A stretch of DNA of 55,926 bases, the filler included, from Basidiobolus ranarum (taxonomy: Eukaryota), in NCBI GenBank assembly GCA_040143965.1. It is 5 parts of 5 records of this genome, joined end to end, with 100 filler letters (N's around TTAATTAATTAA, not from the genome) between each part and the next. Parts side by side here need not be neighbours in the genome. Positions count along the whole stretch, not along the records: positions 44,848 to 55,926 come from JASJQH010000639.1; 4 more parts are not named here. One strand, written 5' to 3'. Under the pieces are notes generated by a model. It searched no databases. It was not told the origin of the DNA and worked only from the letters and a program-made list of their open reading frames with translations. This document shows, piece by piece, positions 49,195-55,926 of the stretch. Each line of letters begins with the position of its first letter. Positions within the stretch are counted from its first letter, which is position 1. Both the position numbers and the translations under genes were made by a program.

Positions 49195-50895
49195 ATGTCC
49201 TCAAGAACAATCTTATGTGCTCTATCTCGTTCGCGAGTTTCTACCACTCCTTTGTTCACTAGAGTAGGACTCTCACAGACTCAGGCTATTCGTCCCTTTT
49301 CGCTTGCTTCTTCACCAGTACGTCCTCTTAACAGAGCCAAATTCTCCCCCACTTCCCTTTCAAGCTATGCGACTTTTTCTACCACTACAACTGTTAGTTC
49401 TCCTCTGCATAGTGTGAAAAGCTTTCTTGTTGGAAGTTTAGCCGTGGGTGGAGCTCTCTTCTTGTCAGTTTACTTATTAGACTCTCGTGCGGGCTTTCAC
49501 AAGTATGTTCTCATGCCCATTATGCATCAGTTTGATCCTGAAGCCGGTCATCGAGTTGCTATTGTCACAGGGAAATATGGACTTAGCCCTCGTGACCGTG
49601 TTAAAGACGCAGATAACTTGGAAGTAGAGGTAGGTTTCTTTTCAGGTCGAATTTACTCGAAATATTATTCGTTCTAAGTGAAGATTTTCGATACTTCTTT
49701 TTGAAAATTGGCTATATAGCTTTGGGGAAAAAAATTCTCTAATCCTCTTGGACTAGCAGCTGGTTTTGATAAACATGGTGAAGCTATTGACTCTATGTTC
49801 GATATGGGCTTTGGCTTCGTAGAGGTGGGAAGTGTAACTCCTGAACCCCAGGTAATGAACAGATTATCATTCTACGTGATGGTCATTCCTTATTAACTTT
49901 AGTTCCCCTCTTTATGAAATAGCCAGGTAACCCTAAACCCAGACTCTTTAGACTAAAGGAAGATAAGGGAGTGATAAATCGATATGGATTCAATTCCGAT
50001 GGACATAAGGCTGTGGTAGATAGATTAAAGGATAGACTACGCCATTATTTCTTTCACCATCCAAATGCCGAATCCACTTCCATCAATCAATCTTTGAGAC
50101 CTGACAAACAACTTGGCCTTAATCTGGGAAAGAATAAGACTTCTTCACCCGAATCCTTCAGTGATTACATTCAAGGTATAGAGACACTCGGTAGATATGC
50201 TGATTATTTGGTCGTGAATATCAGTAGCCCCAACACACCCGGATTGAGAAGCTTACAAAGAAGAGATATGCTGGAAGGACTCGTCAAACAAGTAACATTC
50301 TTTCTTAATACCTCGATGCTAGTGTAACTCTAACCAACAAATTAATGCTTAGGTCATGATCGCTCGTGACAGTCTGCCTGAGCCTCGTCCTCCCCTTTTG
50401 ATTAAGATTGCTCCTTGCCCGGACTTATCTCATGAAGAACTCTGTGATATTGCCCAGGTTGCCCTTGATTGTAAGGTGGATGGAGTGATTGTATCGAATA
50501 CCACTATCAATCGTCCAAGTGGCATCAAATCTGGTAAGCATAGTATAAGATGAGTTGGGAATTGTATGGAATTTAACTTTGTCTCCTTTTCAGACTCCAA
50601 GATCCTTAAAGAGGCGGGAGGACTTTCCGGTGGACCATTGTTCCCTCAGTCACTTGCAACAGTCAGAGAGTTCTATAAATTGACCAAGGGACAAATCCCC
50701 ATCATTGGTGCTGGTGGTATTCGTTCGGGTAAAGATGCAGTTGCCTTTGCTAAAGCAGGAGCTTCCATGGTACAGATCTACTCAATCCTCTCCTACGATG
50801 GCCCCGGAGCCCCTAGAGCTATCAAAGATGAAATCGTTCAAGAACTTAACGGGCAAAAATGGAAGGATATTGTTGGAATTGAGAACAAATTATAG
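49195..50895 (+). CDS. URA9: Mitochondrial class 2 (quinone) dihydroorotate dehydrogenase (multi-exon)
   Basis: Presequence and TM helix, [52 protein letters not shown] and GGLSG. Confidence 0.96.
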
Positions 50896-52350
50896 TGATG
50901 TAATGAATAATACCTTTCATTCCCATTCTCCATCTCAACTATTCATACTCATTTCTGATACGCTTCTGATACGCTCATCTCTTTGTATTCAAATGAAAAC
51001 TTCCTCAAAGAAGGGACATACTATAATAAACATGTGACTCAAGTCATAACCAGAACAGTGTGTAAGTAGTACCGTGCTTGTAATTTAATCTGGTTAATGA
51101 AGCAGTGTTACCGTCACGGTAAAATGCTGGTATTGAATTGATTATTTTGTATGTTATATGGTGCTAGTCTAAGTTTAGTAGGGTAAATGACCAGCAGGTA
51201 GCACTATCTCAGATGACTCACATTTGAGGAGTTTCGGTTATAAATGCTAGGAATTACTACAAATAATATATCCAGAGCTTTCACATTAAGTGTCAAGCAA
51301 TGTATTGAACTTCTGGGCCCAATTCCACTAGAGAAACTAAAATTAGCCCAATATTTATACTTACATGACTAGCATATTTAATAAACATGTATGAAATATT
51401 GTCACTAGTCAAAATGGCTTTCATTAGATCTATTTAGAAAATATAGAGAGTATGCAAAACTTTCAAAACTCAGTCAAAACACTCTAAACATCTCCCCGAA
51501 CACTAGGCTCTTGAACCATAAAATCTCCCCTCAAAAATTATAAATTACCGCATCTAATATCACTCAGACTACTTTAGAGTAATGACACTTAGTTCAAATT
51601 GAGTTAGTACAATAGTAGCAATATGGTTACATAGGTGATTTTTCCTCTTTGCGTATCTGATCCATTCTCAAAATGCATGCTTAAATGAAACCGTGAGACC
51701 CTGTAACTCAGTTGATAAAGTGAATAAGGCCAAGAATACCACTGTGACTAGAACTCTTGCAGGCACAGTACCCAAGTGCCTAGTGATGTATGAATGCAGC
51801 TGGATAAATGAACTTAGCCCTGGCCCAAGCCTTTTAAGTTTGACGGTCAATCAATACCTAACCAAGATATAACAACCATTACTATGAGAAAGTTGAGCAA
51901 CTGAAGTAGTAGATTCATGTAAAATTTTAGTGTTTATAAACATATAAATTATTGCAAATAAAAGCGTTTTAACCAAAATATTCTAGATTGCGCGTACACA
52001 TTTAAAGTAAAAATATTCACTTTTAAAACAACACTGCTAAATGTAACACTCACCAAACGTGGAATTATTTATGTTGCTTGATACCTTATTCAATTAGCGT
52101 GGCATGTTATAGTATGGATGAATGAAAATAAACTATGCACGTGCCATCAACATAAACACGCTTAATGGATTAGCTATAAGTTCAGTTTAATAATAACATA
52201 GCAACATGCAGATTTATAGCAGATATCCAAGTTTTGTGAATCAAATTGTTCTATGTCACGAATTACTTCGTTGATATTTTGTGGTAATACTAATATTTGG
52301 TCTATAAAAATAGTTATCCTTCTCATTATTACTCTTGAAATTTTCTAAAT

Positions 52351-52423
52351 GGGGCATTGGCCTAATGGATAAGGCATCAGACTTCGGATCTGGGGATTGT
52401 GGGTTCGAGTCCCATGCGCCTCG
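52351..52423 (+). tRNA. tRNA-Arg(UCG) with imperfect acceptor stem
   Basis: 73-nt cloverleaf: D-arm GCCT/AGGC, anticodon arm TCAGA-CTTCGGA-TCTGG, T-arm GTGGG-TTCGAGT-CCCAT, followed by TTTT. Confidence 0.88.
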
Positions 52424-53181
52424 TGTTTTGACTCCTTACATTGCAAAAGTCATGATTCGATTAGCATTATGCCTATAGTAATGATAAGCATCAATGTGAT
52501 ACGAAAAATGTTATGACTAGCAATACTTCTATAGTAGTATAGGAATTCATTATGCTTTCAAAATAACTATTGTTGCAAAACAAGCTAATATCTTTTGAGC
52601 TTGAATGACATTTGATAGATAGTTGGAATGAGTTATTCTCTAGTATTCTTATTTTGTCAAGAAAGAGGCAATAACAAGGATAGATGAGAGACTAAATTTC
52701 ATGATCATGATAAATTTAAGGGAATGTTAGTAATGATACAGGCATCAAAAGCTATTAAGTAGAGTGAGCGGTGAATGGAAATAAGTCGATATATGTTCAT
52801 AAAATTATCTTTGGATAAGTCATACCCTTCAGTGAGATAATAAATCCTTCTCTAGCACAATATGCTATTATTTTTGAATCATCAGTGAGTGGTTAAATTT
52901 GTGCAAGTTGATGATCCACTTGAGAAGAAGATACGGATCTACATTAAGTTAGACTGGAGGTGTTGGAATTTTAGAAATCATAATCAAGGGTGTTAAGTTA
53001 AATGAATTTAGGACATCCCCTCTTTCACCATTGGCAATGGACTAGAAATGTAATTGTTGTCTCCGGGAAAGAGCTTCACTTTCAAACGGATAACTAGTAA
53101 GCATCATTAGTTGAGCAGCGTATCTTGGAATTTTTAAAGGAGATGTAGTCTCTTTCACAAACTCCTCCTATAGTACGCTCC

Positions 53182-53538
53182 TCATGTATATTGCATGTAG
53201 TACCCAGTTCCCATCCTCAACACAAGAGAAGTGCCTCATCTACCTGGATGAATGTGCCTGTTTCTGGTCAAAAGTGGACCACCCTGAAAGAACTCCAAGT
53301 CATATATCATAGTGAGTTAATTCCATTTGCTAATGATGAGGGCATATTCAGTATCCTCTCCTCACTGGCATTTGCAATTGGACAAAGAGGAATATTGATT
53401 TGTACTCCGAAGGGTAGCATTTTGTGGGACTGTATCTCCCTGATCGATGATTTTCAACAGCTATCTGGGATAAATTATACTACTACTGCCATGTGTCATA
53501 TTTTTAGTAAATCTGACTATGGTGGATCCATCTTCTGA
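53182..53538 (+). pseudogene. Decayed metallo-beta-lactamase-fold hydrolase pseudogene
   Basis: IACSTQF..CLIYLDE, then after a frameshift VPVSGQKWTTLKEL..FAIGQRGILICTPKGSILWDCISLID; truncated before the HxH metal motif. Confidence 0.7.
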
Positions 53539-54742
53539 AATATGTGCCTAAGTGTATTACGATTGAATTGTTTTGATAGAGTGAATTTCTCAAGTCAGTA
53601 AACGGTGAACTACCCGGGTTGCAATCCGAGCTCACCTGGGGGATTTTAATCACAATTGGGTAATATTCCCAAAGTACATCATGTTGAAAACTAATTGTTA
53701 TTATAAAATAACAGGTAAAAGTTTCCTACTGAGAATTGATTTTCTAGCTACAATTCCTATTCCTTTTTGATCCAAGAGTGAGATGAGATTCAATTGTGGG
53801 ATTGTGGAATTTAGTTGGGTAGAGAATACTCAATTCCATACCTCCAGTGGCCTAAGCGAGACTATTAGCAGAGATCAGAATTACTGATGATTATTGTTTA
53901 TAAAAATTTTCTACGATTCAAGGTGCCTTGTTAACTAAGCGTAGTTGATGTTAAAGCATATTTACTGAATGTTTGTGCCTTGGTTTAAATCCTACTGCGG
54001 GGAATTGAAACTAATCGATTAGCAATTAGAGGTAGACTATATCCGTACTAATTCATACAAAGTGGGTGCGTAATTAATGCCATTCGTACAAGTATTCACT
54101 TGGGGCTATTTTTGCCATTTGGCAGTGTTCCGGGAAACTGAATGTTTGGCGGGCTTCTAACAAATAAAAGACACTCAATAGTACTCTTCATGAGCCTCTG
54201 CTAATAGGGTTACGAGTGTTATTAATCAGTAGTTGTGACAATAAGTAAGGTTCCCTCCTCGAACTTTATTATACATTACTCCCAATCATGTTATTCTCGT
54301 TGATTGTCCCTGCCTTCATATGGAATGCAAGTTGTTCATGGAATGCAAATAATTGGCCTAGAGTACCATTTGCGTTATGTTGAATGGTGATACTAAGAGC
54401 ATGGATATGGACCAAAAGAACCAGGACCGTCGTGTGGGAGCTGAGGAGAAAATAACGAAATATAGAGAGTTAATATCTAGGCAGCTGCGGGCTTATCATA
54501 TTGGCTTTACACTAGCAGCATGGTAACTGATTGATTACTACGTGTGGTTTGAGTGAGCTGATTGGAATGCTCGTCATAGAAAGCAGTTCCTATTAGATGG
54601 AATGAATATACAACAAAAGAATTGACTCTAATTAGATCATGAATGTCTGATCATTGAGTAATTCACTCTCGTCCCCTCCTTCAAAACAAGTATAAAAGCA
54701 TCTGGTGTGTATCATACAATATTAATCAACCCAATAATCGTG

Positions 54743-55085
54743 ATGTTCTCACCTTTCCATCTAGTCTTAACCTTGTTCGTCGTCCCTCAAGTAGCTCTTT
54801 CTTTTGATGCCAATACTCTCTTTGCTTTAGTAAATCAACAGTGTCAAAATGCTGGTGTTCCAGCATTGACTCAAGACTCACCGTGACAGCTACCAGGCAT
54901 ACTCACTACCAAGCCACAGTCCAAATGGGCCCTAATATTTGTTAGAAACAACAAACATTAATGGAATACATACAAGATGCGGATGCACACTTATCTTCAT
55001 ACAAGGCTGATTGGTGACATGTTAGTTGGCAAAAACTTAGGATTGCCTCCAATATAATGATGTTCTGATGCAATCTTGGTTGTTT
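54743..55085 (+). pseudogene. CAP/SCP-domain secreted protein pseudogene
   Basis: Signal peptide and TLFALVNQQCQNAGVPALTQDS, a frameshift into TATRHTHYQA, and later LMQSWL; several stops. TATAAAA at 54691. Confidence 0.55.
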
Positions 55086-55295
55086 TATGGCTCCCATTAT
55101 TTGGGCTGCAGAAATTCATCCCAGACAATATATACAGTTGCATCTTCGTCGACTCTCAGCATATTTAGAGGGTAAATTGTAGAGGATTCTATATACGGTA
55201 GACTCTGCAGGAGAAAACTCTTACCCCCGATGCCCTTTTAAGTATTTAAGTAATAGCTTTTCTCCAAAATTCGTTACGACACTATCCCAACAGCC

Positions 55296-55926
55296 ATGGC
55301 AAAGTTACTCGCCCTAGTCTTAGCCTTGGCTCTTGTTCATCCTACGATTGGAGTCGTCATTCCTCATGGTTATTCCAGTAATGGTGTTTATACTCTACCG
55401 ATTCGTCGCTCCACTGTCAATGCACCCGATACCCGTCATAGGAGAAGTTTGAATGCTAGAGCAGTAGAAAATATCCCGGCTACAAATATGCTGACTCATG
55501 TAAGCAATTGTCTTGCTTAAACAAGTTTGAATTAAAACTAACCCCTCCTTTATCTGAATAGTATACTACTTCCATCGGAATTGGAAGTCCTCCCACATCC
55601 TATGAAGTGTTGATTGACACCAACTCCGCTAATACGTGGATCGGTGCTGGTAAAGCCTACATTTCCACGAGTACCTCTGTCAAGACCTCGAACTCAGTTT
55701 CGGTTAGTTATGATAGCGGTTCATTCTCTGGAACCGAGTTCACTGATACGGTAACAATCGGTCAAAATTTGGTACTTCAAAAACAATCCATAGGAGCTGC
55801 CTCTAGGTCGCAAGGGTTCAGTGGACTTGATGGTGTACTAGGTTTAGGGCCAGCCGATTTGACTCTTGGAACATTATCACCTGATAGTTCATCCATTATT
55901 CCTACCGTCGTTGACACTCTTTTCGC
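55296..55926 (+). CDS. Secreted pepsin-family (A1) aspartic protease, polyporopepsin-like, 3' truncated; intron 55500-55561
   Basis: Signal and propeptide, then YTTSIGIGSPP..LIDTNSANTWIGAGK..SGSFSGTEFTDTVT..QSIG..DGVLGLGP. Confidence 0.9.

Noticed and set aside
53925-54003. tRNA-like remnant (GGTTTAAATCC T-arm-like motif)
   Set aside because: I could not build a consistent cloverleaf or anticodon arm.

Overview
Eukaryotic, intron-rich, AT-rich fungal DNA. Gene content and intron style suggest an early-diverging fungus; a Zoopagomycota/Mucoromycota-like host is my inference. The window is not one locus. It consists of five ~11.1-kb contigs of steadily decreasing length, joined by artificial N-TTAATTAATTAA-N linkers at 11133-11232, 22350-22449, 33556-33655 and 44748-44847, so adjacency across a linker means nothing. 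Most of it is ordinary host genes: ATP17, an Rtt106-like chaperone, a carboxylesterase, RPS29, a Ras GTPase, HSP90 (partial), a DUF202 protein, FUR1, a perilipin-like protein, a TLDc/OXR1 protein, Zn2Cys6 factors, RPL11, a PH-domain protein, a GNAT, ICL1, SFC1, a UBE2E-like E2, an ATP6AP2/Vps3844-like protein, URA9, tRNA-Arg(UCG) and an aspartic protease. The standout is the start of contig 4 (33656-~37330), a segment resembling a large cytoplasmic DNA virus (Nucleocytoviricota-like). It carries an intact, intronless 665-aa fused mRNA capping enzyme (TTM triphosphatase, guanylyltransferase and an apparently eroded N7-methyltransferase) and a divergent, truncated D6/D11-type SF2 helicase. It also has two distinct AT-rich tandem-repeat arrays and runs without a gap into host ICL1/SFC1 DNA, making it a candidate recently endogenised fungal giant-virus fragment. 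Other oddities are a secreted tyrosinase lacking half its copper ligands, an aspartic protease with DTN in place of DTG, a 51/204-bp hierarchical repeat protein with a frame switch, a glyoxylate-cycle ICL1-SFC1 gene pair, and CpG-depleted decayed patches and pseudogenes.
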